From the NCBI RefSeq assembly GCF_004010195.1, contig NC_057720.1:22452197-22516196 (forward strand): a stretch of 64,000 bases of DNA, written 5' to 3'. Below, in pieces: positions 52,355-64,000 of the stretch. The position numbers were made by a program, and so were the translations under genes. The notes beneath the pieces were generated by a model, which saw only the letters and a program-made list of their open reading frames with translations, made no database searches and had not been told where the DNA came from. Every line of letters starts with the position of its first letter. The first letter of the stretch is position 1. This DNA is from Chiloscyllium plagiosum (taxonomy: Eukaryota).

Positions 52355-53790
52355 AGCACATTCTATTCTCTCTTGGGTGCTCATGAGGCCACACCTGGAG
52401 TACTGTGTGCAGTTTGGTCTCCTTACTTGAGAAAGGATGTACTGGCAATAGAGGGGGTGCATATGAGGTTCACTAGGTTGATTCCAGAGTAGAGGGGGTT
52501 GGCTTATGAGAATAGACTGAGTAGACTGGGATTATATTCATTGGAATTTAGAAGAATGAGGGTAGATCTTATAGAATAATATAAAATTATGAACGGAATA
52601 GATCAGATAGAAGTAGAGAGGATGGTTCCACTGGGAGGTGTAACTCGGACAAGAAGGCGTAGCCTCAAACTTAGGGTGGGCAGATTTAGGACTGAACTGA
52701 TGAGGACTTTCTTCACCCAGAGGTTGTGAATCTAAGGATTTCCTTGCCCAGTGCAGAAAATTCATAGAGTCATAGAGATGTACATTAAGGAAATAGACCC
52801 TTCGTTCCAACTTGTCCTTGCCAACCAGATATCCCAACACAGTCTAGTCCCCCTTGCCAGCAACCAGCACATATCCCTCCAAATCCTTCCTATTCATATA
52901 CCCATCCAGATGCCTTTTAAATGCTATAATTATACTAGCCTCCACCACTTCTTCTGGCAGCCCATTCCAAACATGTACCACCCTCTGCGTGAAAAAGTTG
53001 CCCCTTAGCTCTCTTTTGTATCTTTCCCCTCTCACCCTGAACCTAAGCCCTCTCCCACCCAAGGGAAAAGACTTTGTCTATTTATCCTATCCATGTCCCT
53101 CATGATTTTATAAACCTCTATAAGGTCAACCCTCAGCCTCCGATGCTCCAGGGAAAACAGCCCCAGCCTATTCAACCTCTCCCTATAGCTGAAATCCTCC
53201 AACCCTGGCAACATCCTTGTAAATATTTTCTGAACCCTTTCAAGTTTCACAACATCTTTCCGATAGGAAGGAGACCAGAATTGCCTGCAATATTCCAACA
53301 GTGGCCTAACCAATGTCTTGTACAGCCATAACGTGACCTCCCAACTCCTGAACTCAGTACTCTGACTAATATAGGAAAGCATACCAAACACCTTCTTCAC
53401 TATCCTATCTACCTGTGATGCCACTTTCAAGGAACTATGCACCTGCACTCCAAGGTCTCTTTGTTCAGCAACACTCCCTAGGACCTTACCATAAAGTGTG
53501 TAAGTCCTGTTAAGATTGGTTTTCCCAAAATGCAGTGCCTCATGTTTATCTAAATTAAACTCCATCTGCCACTTCTCAGCCCATTGGCTGTCATTGAGGC
53601 TCCCTCAGTAAATGCTTTCAAAGCTAAGATAGATAATCTTTTTGAACAGTAAAGGAATTAAGAGTTATGGTGAGAGGGCGAGTAAGTGGAACTGAGTCCA
53701 GGAAAAGGTCATCCATGATCTTATTGAATGGCGGAGCAGGCTCGAACAGCCAGATGGCCGACTCCTGCTCCTAGTTCTTATGTTCATATG
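52355..53790 (+). mobile_element. CR1-like 3' fragment split by a younger CR1
   Basis: ctggagtactgtgtgcagtttggtc...ttcttcacccagagg is interrupted near 52760 and resumes near 53590 (gaggctccctcagtaaatg...ttcttatgttc tail). Confidence 0.85.
52762..53588 (-). mobile_element. Young 5'-truncated CR1 (HER1-like)
   Basis: ORFs 53032-53565 and 52844-53062, with a ctctatga tail. Confidence 0.95.
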
Positions 53791-54299
53791 TCCTCCGCCA
53801 TCTGTAATTTGCTAATCTGAAGAGATTATAAGTAGAGAAGAAACTGGAGTGTGAGACGGAGGTTCATTCATAACTATATCAACTCTTCCATGGATTAAGT
53901 CAATTTGCTGCCTAAGGTGAGCAGTGGTCATTCCAATGATGGCAAATATATTTTCTTCCACCTTGGATAAGGTCATGGAGCCACACCCATCCATTTTTGA
54001 TTAGGGCCTGTTGACTCTTGCAAACAAAAGCCAGGTGCATCAGGAGAATGGTGTAATGTATTTAAGGGATATAGCAATCTGGTGGAATAGCTAGGTGTAA
54101 ATGCATGTTGTGAGATGTGGTTTGAAGCTTGCAGTACTGTTAAATGTGTGAGGACAAGTGCAGCTATGAATAATAGGTGTGGCTCATGTTTGATAGAGGT
54201 TGTTTGTAGGCAAGTGATGAGAAGTTGGACTAGCGCATCAAATAGTTGGAGAGTTTTGTATGGCAGCTACTGAGAGGTGCTTTTTGAAGATATCTTCAC

Positions 54300-54560
54300 T
54301 GACTTTGACTGGCCGTGTTAGGTCATTGAATCTTATTTGCTGTTTCACCCCGGGCATTAACTTCATGGGGATAAGGTCATGTAGGTACCTCTGACCCTAT
54401 CACTTATGTGACTCCCTTGTCTTAGCAAGGTTGTCTGCAGGCCCCTTGTAGATGATCATTTCTCTATTGTCTGCATCTCTTCTATCAAAATGCCAAGTGC
54501 AGCACTGAAGTGCCCTGGAGCACTCTCTCCCCAGTTGCACTGTGATTTATTTTTCTTGCA
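54300..54560 (-). mobile_element. Fossil Myb/SANT-like ORF of Harbinger-type element
   Basis: GESAPGHFSAALGILIEEM and IRFNDLTR resemble trihelix Myb/SANT motifs. A similar remnant lies at about 19090-19310. Confidence 0.45.
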
Positions 54561-57542
54561 GCTCTTTCGCAAAAACAGTTCCAAGAAATGCTGCAACCAG
54601 AATTCACTGCTTATTTTAGAGCTTAAAGAGATATGAAGCTCATCCAAACCTAAATCTCATCCCAAGGCATGCAGTCATTCAAATGGTGCATTTAGCATTG
54701 GTTACATGCAAACTAACATGCAACAAGAGGTTGGAGTGTTACCTGCATTGAAATTAAAGTGCATGGGATAGTTGCTCATCACAACACTGCTATCATGGGT
54801 TATCCAGTTCTGCATCCCTGCCACCGAAATTCTATATTCAAATTTAATAGGTTTGGAGAAAATTAAGATGATTGGGCAAAAAAAATCTAGAAAATTTATT
54901 GCAACTAATCAGAAAACATTGTAATTTCCTCAGCTACCCTTGTCAAAGCTGAACGATTAGAAGAGGCTAGGATGAAGGGAAAGGGCTCCTTACATGCAGA
55001 CATGAATCTGCAATTGTGGTGATGTAGCGCAACACTTCAATGGTTTTGAAGTATCAGATGCTGGCAAATGATGTGTGCCATGCCAAGTTCAGCTCACTTG
55101 GTCAGCACTCGTGACATGCCTGCAAGAAGGTGCAGCCAAGATCCAGGCTACAGTAGACGTGCTCCTGCCCCTGCTTTATGTAAGCTTTATGTTGCTGGTA
55201 GTCACTGGTGATCTTACAGCAGATGGCACAGCTTGGCATTCTCCCCTCTGCTGACTCAGAGCCTGAGAAAGACAAGTTACCGCAGCCATTCCCTGCTGGG
55301 CTTTCCACAGCCTGCAGAAATGGTTAGTGGCAGCTTGGTAGGCGGCTCCAAACAGGCAAAGCCGATCACTTCAGCACGCCTTCTTTCATGCACCTCCGTG
55401 TAAAACATGACTTGCTGTGATTATGATGATTCTGAAGAGTGTTCCAGCTTAAAGGTGATGCAGGTACTTCTAATTATGATCTCACCTAAGGCTGCTGTTT
55501 AGTTGTCATTGGGAAGAAAAGCACTGATCCACAATGTCATTTGCTCCTTCACTGTGCAGGTATTAGGGTGCAGGTGTTGGACAGTGGGCTGCAATCACCT
55601 CTTGGGCCATTTGACATTCTTAGCAAACTTCTTGGCCCCTTTTCCTCTATCACATCTTCACCACTTATTCCTGGTTTCAGAACTTCAGTGCCAATGAAGG
55701 AAGCAACTGTGATAATCAACTAAGATAGTAAATAAATATTTACACCTGACACAAAGGTTCATGAGAATCTAAGTGCCACCTTAAAGCAAAAATAGCTACA
55801 AGACATGTATTACTCCTTAAAATTCATTTGCTTTTTATATAACTTTCTGCCTGTCATTAGACCTCATGCCCCTCCAAGATTCATTGTCATATTAAGACTC
55901 TGTACTCAACAGACCCCAAGTTCATGAAACAATATTGTGGCTTCAAAAACCTGCCTGCTCTTCACCTAGAAGTGAACAAGTGGAAAATTGGAACGACTGA
56001 CTTTCATATTTTCATCAGCCTACTACCATGACAAATCTGGATGGTTACAGGATGCATATTAATCCATAATGTCAACAAAGCAAAAGCACATAGCATCTTA
56101 TCATTAGATTGAGGCCTACACTTACCATTTGATAACTACTGAGTCAATGCAACAATTCATGTAATTAGACTGTTGTTAGATGCAATTTTTTTTGTAGGTT
56201 GTCATCAGAAAAAAACTGCCATATTTTCCACCACGCTGATAATAATCACAAATAGAATTGTAATCGGTTAAAATTCAAAGCAGCTAGATGCTATTGTTTC
56301 ACCATTTCACAGACCTTCTGGATTGGTAAAGATTTTTGATTTGTCCTACATCTTAGTAATGACAATTTCACAGAACATATTGTCAACATAATTTAGTATA
56401 GCACTTTAGACATTTGTGTGATATACTTTTAGGCCTCAATTGCATGATAAATGTGCAGTTTAAAATGAGTGGCTATTATGAAGTTTTGCTAAAAAGATAA
56501 GTTTTAATGTAAAAGAAATCAATGGTGATTACATTTTAAGATAAAGTTATTCTATACTCTTGCACTGACACAAAGCGATTTTGGACAGAGAATATGTAAA
56601 GCACACTATTAGCCAAGCAGTACCAGAATCTCTTCTAGTGTTCTCTTTACACTGCTTTGAATTTCAATAATTTTACTGTGAAATCAGAGTTGGGAAAATT
56701 CACATTTTAAAAGTGCATGAAAATCCACTTTTAAATCCACGAAAGTCCTTGAAACGTTTATCTAAATGAAAAGAATTTACGTGAAATCTGTTTCAACACT
56801 TTTTGGAGTTAGATTTCTTTATCCCAATGTTAAAAATTAGCAACTGGAGAAATGGACCTCTGTTCCTGTATTATAGCTATATGCACAGATTTCTTTATCT
56901 ATTCTGCCATCTGTGCATCACAGCTGGCAACGATGGATCTCAGATTGTAACTACTGTATAACTACAGTCTTAAGTGACCGGAAGAGAAAAGCACATGCAT
57001 CTGTCTTTTCTGATCTTCCAAAATGTCAGCGGTATTGGGAGATTGGTCATATGCGTGTATATATAGCGCTTTGCTTTGTGTGACAATACTGTTATACACA
57101 TGCAAGTTTCATGAAAGAGGAAATCAAACAAAAGAAAATGATTCAAATTTAATACATACACCCAGCAACTATATTATAGTATTTATCTAAAAGACGTAAA
57201 AGCATAAGGACATCCTAAAACAGGCTCAATTAAATGTATCTGTGATCTGATATAATTTGCGGCTATTAGCACAATTCTAAACAATTAAATATATAATGAT
57301 TAGATAATTAGGAGATCTGTTTCTTCCTAACTCCTGTACAAATACAATGAGAGAAAATTGTGATTAATTGAAGGCAAATTTTTTTGTCAACCACAAAGTG
57401 GTTAGATTTGCAGTGCATTGTTTAACATGCAGAAAATGACAATTGTTGATAGAAGTGCAAAATGAAACTCCTGGCAGTTTGCAGAACTTTGCATGACTTT
57501 ACAGTTTGACTACTGTTACAAAAGCAAGAGTGCAAAATATAC

Positions 57543-57739
57543 CTTAAACCTCCCAAATACTCGTGTTTTTCAAATATTGTGATGTCTGAATAGCCCAATC
57601 GAGCTAAAAAAGAAGCACAACTGATACTGGCAGGTCCACATCCGATCAGGGCTATTTTAGCATGGAAGCTCTCAGGTAATTCTTCAGAAGGTGGAAGTGA
57701 TGAATTACGAATCTGACGAATTTTCATCTCTTTGAACAC
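57543..57739 (-). CDS. DPYD: DPYD coding exon equivalent to exon 6 (197 bp; FAD-binding GxGxxS)
   Basis: [65 protein letters not shown]. Acceptor cttag, donor AG|gtatat, phase 2. Confidence 0.97.
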
Positions 57740-59104
57740 CTAAGTATAGAAAAGAACAAAACACTAAAATTAATAATGTGTTTTGTTCTGTTTCATCAAA
57801 AGACATTTGAAAAACTAATCATCCTCAATGGTTTTGTAAGAACGGCACTGATTGAATATATGTCTGAATATTGCAAATTATGGAATAACTGATTGAACAT
57901 ATCGTGTTAAGCATGCATTCCATGTCTATTGCTCATTCACATTCACATACAGACAAACCAATCAATTATGGAAAAATATTTTGGTGAGCAACTTTGTAGG
58001 TATCATCATATTAGTGTCTCCAAAACTATTGATTCACTTTAAAGGTTAAACATCAGAGGTCAAAAGGCTTTGAAGTAACCTCATGCATGTAAATTATGCT
58101 TTGAATGTTGAGTTCAGGGAACAAGCAGCAACATCTAAGTACTAAGCATGAAAGAGCTATTTGATCTCAGTGAACAAAGCATCCATGTTATCCTCACCTC
58201 CCCAGTAATAGCATGTTTCACCAGATTCTAATCGAGAGGTTTCTATTCCTCTGGGGAACATGATGTTAATTTCTTCATCTTGATAATTCCATTAGTGGTG
58301 GTACTGAGGTACAGGTTGATTGGAACTAAGTGAGTCTGTCAAACAGCATGTAAACCCTCTGTGACAATGAGCAGCTACAAAGGCGACTATGTGTCCAGAA
58401 GAGCTCTCAAACTGCAGTTATGTTAACACTTCTGTGTCAGTGAAATGTAAATTTTGGTGTGTATTGTCATTAATGTGGCAACATAAATTGGGAATAAGTT
58501 TTAAAATTGGACACTCTACAGTGCCTGAAGCAAAAATTATGACACTCTGTTGCAAGCAGTCTAGCACCTGTAAAAGCATATTTCAAAAGTTCTTGGGTAG
58601 TTCCAGTTAGGTTCTGGACAAAACTGAAACTTGTGTACTTACTATATTGAAAATTAACATCAGGGTACAGTAATCCAACTATTGGCATATAAGCCATCTA
58701 GGATTCTCCAGTTACAAAGTTCAGTGTGAGATACAGTCAGTAATGTAACTGAGCATAAAATAATAGGCATTGCACTAAGAACAGTGTGATAGAATTGCAA
58801 ACTTAAACCCGTTTCACTGTTTCAATAAATATTTACCTTGATTATATTAAAAGGCAATAACCAGCATTTAAATATTGCCTTTAATGTAGCAAGGGACTTC
58901 ACAGGAGGGTGATCAGTCAAAATGTGTCACCACGGGAAGGTGATCCATCAAAATGTGTCACTGAGCCATGTAAAACTGAATTAAGAGAGGTGACCAAAAG
59001 CTTGTTTCAAAGAGGTAGACTTCAAATGGTATCTCTGTTAGTGGAGCGAGAGGTAGAGAGGTTTAAAGAGAAATTCCAGAATTTGCTGTCTTGTGATTTT
59101 TGCT

Positions 59105-59247
59105 AGTCACACAACACCAGGTTATAGTCCAACAAGTTTATTTGGAATCTTTCAGAGCTCTGCTCCTTTGTCATGTGAAGGGACACTGGTCTGAAAGCTT
59201 ATGGTTTCAAATAAACCTGCTGGACTATAACCTGGTGTTGTGTGACT
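59105..59247. repeat. Palindromic element with perfect 27-bp terminal inverted arms (probably Penelope-derived)
   Basis: agtcacacaacaccaggttatagtcca (59105-59131) and its exact reverse complement (59221-59247). The pairing extends inward with mismatches. Confidence 0.85.
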
Positions 59248-62200
59248 TCTGACCTTGTCTAACCCCAGTTCAACACCAGCACTCTCCACACTGTTTTTTT
59301 TTGGATAAAGCTTAATGCACCAAATTGTTTTGACAACATTTTTAGGTAATATATACTAGCTTTGATATTTTGAAGTTTTGAAAATAGTCAACAAAGAAGT
59401 ATTGATAAAAATCAAGTGCTATTCCACTTTTCATGTTCTTTATATGATTATGAAGTCAGGAAATGTATTCTCAAAAAAAAGCTAACTTTTTTCAGTTGTA
59501 GGTGCTCATCTAGTCATAAACTCTTCTTATTCTTTGAATTTATTTCTACACTAGGGATTAAATGTCAGATAGCAATTCAACCACACTTTTCAGCATCATA
59601 CTTGAATACGTCTGTGTTTAGCTATTAAAATGCAATTGCATTACTGAAATATATTGTGGTGTTAGGAAGACAAGACTGGATATACAGGTGCCAATCAGTA
59701 TGGAAGTAGAGAGATCTGAAACTTTGTCACATAGCGTACATGCTGTTTTGCCTACGCTATCCTACCTCTGGGTCATTTTCCTGGATGCAACATTGTGATA
59801 CATATGGGAAGAATCTTATGTTTTCTCGTTAAGTATGAATCATGTCAAGTTTGATGGTATGAAACTTGCTGTGGGGCTGAGCAAGTTGTCTCAGTCTCTA
59901 TTACCAAACCAACACAACTGTAATTCCGTAAATGTGTGAACAGATGTCCAGTGCATAATTAAGATTGTGTGTATTATTTCTCTTTGTAGGTTTCTGCCTT
60001 TTTAAACAAATATGAAAGTAAAGGGCAGTGCAGTGTTTGCTTATTTCTTTTGCTGGTTTTACTTCTCTCTCACTATATCTTGGCCCCCTTTTTTGGTTGT
60101 GTTTCCCTTCATTTTTCACGTTGTCACTCCTTTAATAGCCCAGTTTCCTTGGAAAATGTTACTTTAAGAATTGTAGGCTTCTAATTTAAGAATTGCAGAC
60201 TTATCATTGCAGTTTATGCCTGTTAGTGGTGTTCATGCCAAATAAGGAATGATGACATCACATGAGCTTTTTTTAAATTTTACTGCTAATCTGAAGGAAG
60301 AAAATGGCAGAGCCAGGTAATGTCGGAACATTACAAAACTTCTTCATATAGAAAATCAAGCTTTTTGTATTTTAAAACTATATTTTTTTTAGGAGCACTG
60401 TGGAGCTGTGCAATTAGGACCTTTGAACTGACGATTTTATAAAATCTTAACTGCAGGCTCTTGTTTCATTTCAAGAGAATTGCATGCTCACTGCGTAACC
60501 TTTAGTATTGCTTGCATTTGTAAATTCAATTGTTTTACTTTTAAGCAAAGACACTTTTTTTATTTTACCTTGGATGTTAATGAAATTGAAATTAGCCCTA
60601 TCTTTTTGCAAGTCTGCTCCATCTTTCAATCTCTACAGTTGTCCGTGCTCACAGAAACTAATGCTGCTGATTATCCAATTTCTCAGATCCATGACTATTG
60701 TTCAGTTCGTCTTCAATTAGTTCTCCAAATATCTACCAAGATTTTGAGTCAGCTATTTTTGCCTCTAGCAGGATATTTCATGTAATGTATCAACACTTGC
60801 GTTCTCCCCATAACATAAGTATCTAGGCATGAATAACATGATGTTGAAGAATCCAACAGACATTTATCACAACTCAACATTATATACAATCATTATATTT
60901 TTTGAGTACATCAGCAACTGGGTTAAACTCAAGATATTAGCAACAACAAATAAGAATGCTTGTGGTAGCATATCATTGCTTTGTGTGATCTCTGAGTAAG
61001 TCTTTTGAGAGTTTGAGACTTTTATACATTCTATGATCTAGTGACGATATTCTGATCATGTTTGTTACAGGTGCACTAACATACTGACTGTGAAACACAA
61101 TGATAACTGGGGATCACATTTGTCATAATTGGAGTTCCTCATGATCAATAATACTTGCCATATTTGTACGATTTGCTGGTCCCTAAAACTAGGCCTCAGA
61201 TTACTTGGTCTTTTCCTAAGTGTAGCCAGTAGCCTCCTGTCACTTATCCTGGTAATCACATGTCCCAAGTGTCTGTGTTTGTTCTGGGCAGGGCTAGAGT
61301 TCGGCACAAAGATGGAGTGCATTTTTGAGCAGTATCCTGTGAGAATTACGTTAGCCTGTTTTTCATGCTTGACTCTTTCACGCCATTCTCCACAAACCAG
61401 CAAGTGGAATGGTAACTTGAACATTCTGGAGCATTCAAGATCCTTGCATTTTTTTGACATTTATTACAAATGACTGAATGTAGAGCCATAGCAGACTATG
61501 TGGAGAAGCTACAGCTCCATGAGAAAATAGCGATTGATAGCCTTAAGTATAATCCACAAATGTAGTATATCGAATCAAGTAATGAAACTAAAATGCTTCA
61601 TTACTAATCCTTTCTAGTTTTAAGAGAACTACAAACCTTATTATAAGACAGACTAAAGTCACAAATCAAGTCCAAGTTATTACTTGTACTTCTTCTCTAA
61701 ACACTATTCATTTTGCTATTGGATGTATCACAACTATGACACCTATTATAAGCCTAATCTTCTTTCTTTATGTAAGCCTATATTTCTAATACTGAATCTG
61801 ACATTTATCATGCAGACGGACTAGCTGCACAATAGGCAGCCACAATCATCACTACTTTACCGGTATTAGGTGACAGACGTTCACTGTCAAAAGCACCACA
61901 TCTGCAATAACAGACACCCTACAGTTGTCATTAATACTATCACTGGTTTTGGTGCGAGGTACTCCATCACATGTTATGTCAGTATGTTCTGCAAAAGCCT
62001 ATCTTTTTCCTCTGCCATCATTAATATAAGACTAAATAAATATGCTGAACCTTGCCATAAGCTAGTACAAGATTCATACAGAGAGTTTTCATTATGATCT
62101 TCATTTAAATGTGCAGAGCCTTCTAAACAGCAGAAATTCTGTAGAAGTTGAAGTAATCTCTAAAAGCACTGTATAATTTACTGTGAAGGAAGCTCTTGTC

Positions 62201-63271
62201 AAAATAAAGCAGGGTCTAAATTACTTTTGGTGATTATTAATATATGAGTGCTTAATGTGTTCCAACTAAATGATTTGGCACAGGCTTTAACCAGTTTATT
62301 TTGAATGCATTAGTGTCTCCATTAAAATAGAAAGATAAATTTGGTTGAATGTGATAAGCAATTCGTTTGTGGACATTAATTTCTATCTTATAGCACACAA
62401 TAGTTTGCTTCATGAAGCCAAACAGAAAGTACTAGTTATGTCTAGATACTCTGGTTAGGCTGGCTGCTCAGCAATTTCACAATATTAATTCCAGCATTGT
62501 GATTATAGTCCATATAGTGGTTACAAGTATTTTGATTGTGTTAGCCAGCAAATCCAGATTATTTCAACAAATGCTTACCAGAAGTAGATAAGAGTATGTT
62601 TTTTCTCCACAACCCAAGAGTTATCTTAACTTTCACAAACATTCACAATCCATTTCACTCTCTGTGCAATTGTCAAAAAGGAATATGTTTTCACCACATC
62701 ATTCCTCAGGGTACAGTAATTTACTTTTAGATTTTATTTTAAACAAGTCAGAAGGAAATACACACAATCAATGCTGATCCATTAGCCAACTGTCAAAAAT
62801 TGATCAATCAGGAAAAATAATTGTCAGAATTCTTTTCTTAAATATTAACTCCATAAAGCCACTGTTTGATTAGATCTGGCCATTCCAGAAAGAAATATAT
62901 ATTAATAAAGCAATGTTGTCTCCTACATTTTATATCTGCTTCACTAAACAGGTGAGCCATTTTTTATGAAGCATATTAAATGTACATATGGTATCTGTTC
63001 CAACAATGTAGCTCTTTAGAATAAATAGCATGAAATGAAACCAACACACAGTAAATACTTAATGCTGCTAAATCAGAATGCATGACACAAAATTTTATCA
63101 GAAAATGTCCAGTGCTTTCATGACATGAAAGTCACTGTTTTTGTTCAATTCAGTGATCGGCTATATTAAAAACATGATTCTTAATTCATGGAATATAAAT
63201 TTATTATAATATCAATTCATAAATGTTCACTGAATAATGATATTTACAATGGTGGGATACTCTTTACGTAC

Positions 63272-63433
63272 CTCTATGGCAAACTGTTGTAATCCACCTA
63301 TGTTAATCGCTCCTTCTTCAGTTGCATGTAAATTGCACCCTCCCACACAGAGGTCAGAGGTTGGGCATACCATCCCACAAGTTAGACCAAGGGGGTTGTC
63401 AGACAGAATAGTTTTGGCAGCTCCATAGTAGTT
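63272..63433 (-). CDS. DPYD: DPYD coding exon equivalent to human exon 5 (162 bp; Fe-S domain)
   Basis: Reverse complement translates to [54 protein letters not shown]. Acceptor ttaatag, donor GAG|gtacgt. Not present in the ORF track on this strand. Confidence 0.97.
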
Positions 63434-64000
63434 CTATTAATTAAGCAACATATAAAACAATAAAATTAGCTGATCAAGCATAAATGGTCTGAGTAAACAT
63501 ATCAACCTACTGTTCATTAATAACATTTAAATCAAAGAAAGGTATCTTATGAGAACATCAGGAAAAAAAAGTTGCTATTTACAGAGTAAAGATTTGTTTT
63601 AAAAGCTGTACCAGAACATGAAGGTAAGAAGTTGCAGTCATCCAACAAGACCATAGACTGCTCTCGCATTAGAGAAAGAGAACAGGTGGTGGTTTAATGT
63701 GAGGGTTACCATCCCTCAGGCAAGAGGAGAGGTTGAGAGGGAAAGTCTTTTGTGGTACTCTCAGCTGATGCAGGAATTGAAATGAGCATCACTTTGCATC
63801 ATAATTTGAAATGAACATGGTCAAAAACAAATTAAGAAGACAACCAGATAGGTTTATATACCAAAATGCAACATAAATACAGGTGTACATATCCTCACAT
63901 ATATATTAAAATGTATTTATGTTGAAGATGGTAGAATCCATATTTATACCCTTGTAAAACATTTCAGTGATGGCATATTTTGTTCCAAGGTTGGCACTGA

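Noticed and set aside
57422..57542. ORF-track extension past DPYD exon 6 (and similarly 7142-7162 past exon 10)
   Set aside because: Read-through beyond canonical GT donors; homology stops at the splice site.
60480..61473. ORFs of 100-131 aa on both strands
   Set aside because: No recognisable motifs, and such lengths can arise by chance in 64 kb.

Overview
Vertebrate genomic DNA, very probably a shark or other cartilaginous fish, judging from HE1/V-SINEs, HER1-like CR1 LINEs and DeuSINEs. The whole window lies inside the dihydropyrimidine dehydrogenase gene (DPYD) on the minus strand. Six GT-AG exons equivalent to human exons 5-10 (162/197/82/88/108/170 bp) splice into one open 269-codon frame; the rest is intron packed with mobile elements. 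The best region is 24.3-33.9 kb. A deleted Ty3/Gypsy LTR element (5-bp TSD, tRNA-Leu-like PBS, PPT) has its 3' LTR hit four times at the TATA box by poly(A)-tailed 3' fragments of Tx1-like and unclassified non-LTR elements. Some of these fragments carry short pieces that match the TATA region of related LTRs, suggesting a retrotransposon that targets LTR promoters and transduces its earlier flanks. The same LTR also hosts a full-length decayed L1, which itself carries a Penelope-like insert. Other features: hammerhead-ribozyme-like cores in Penelope-like repeats, a Gmr1-type Gypsy 3' end, a solo LTR with a perfect TSD, Harbinger fossils and templated-insertion scars. All family names come from motif recognition by eye, without database searches.
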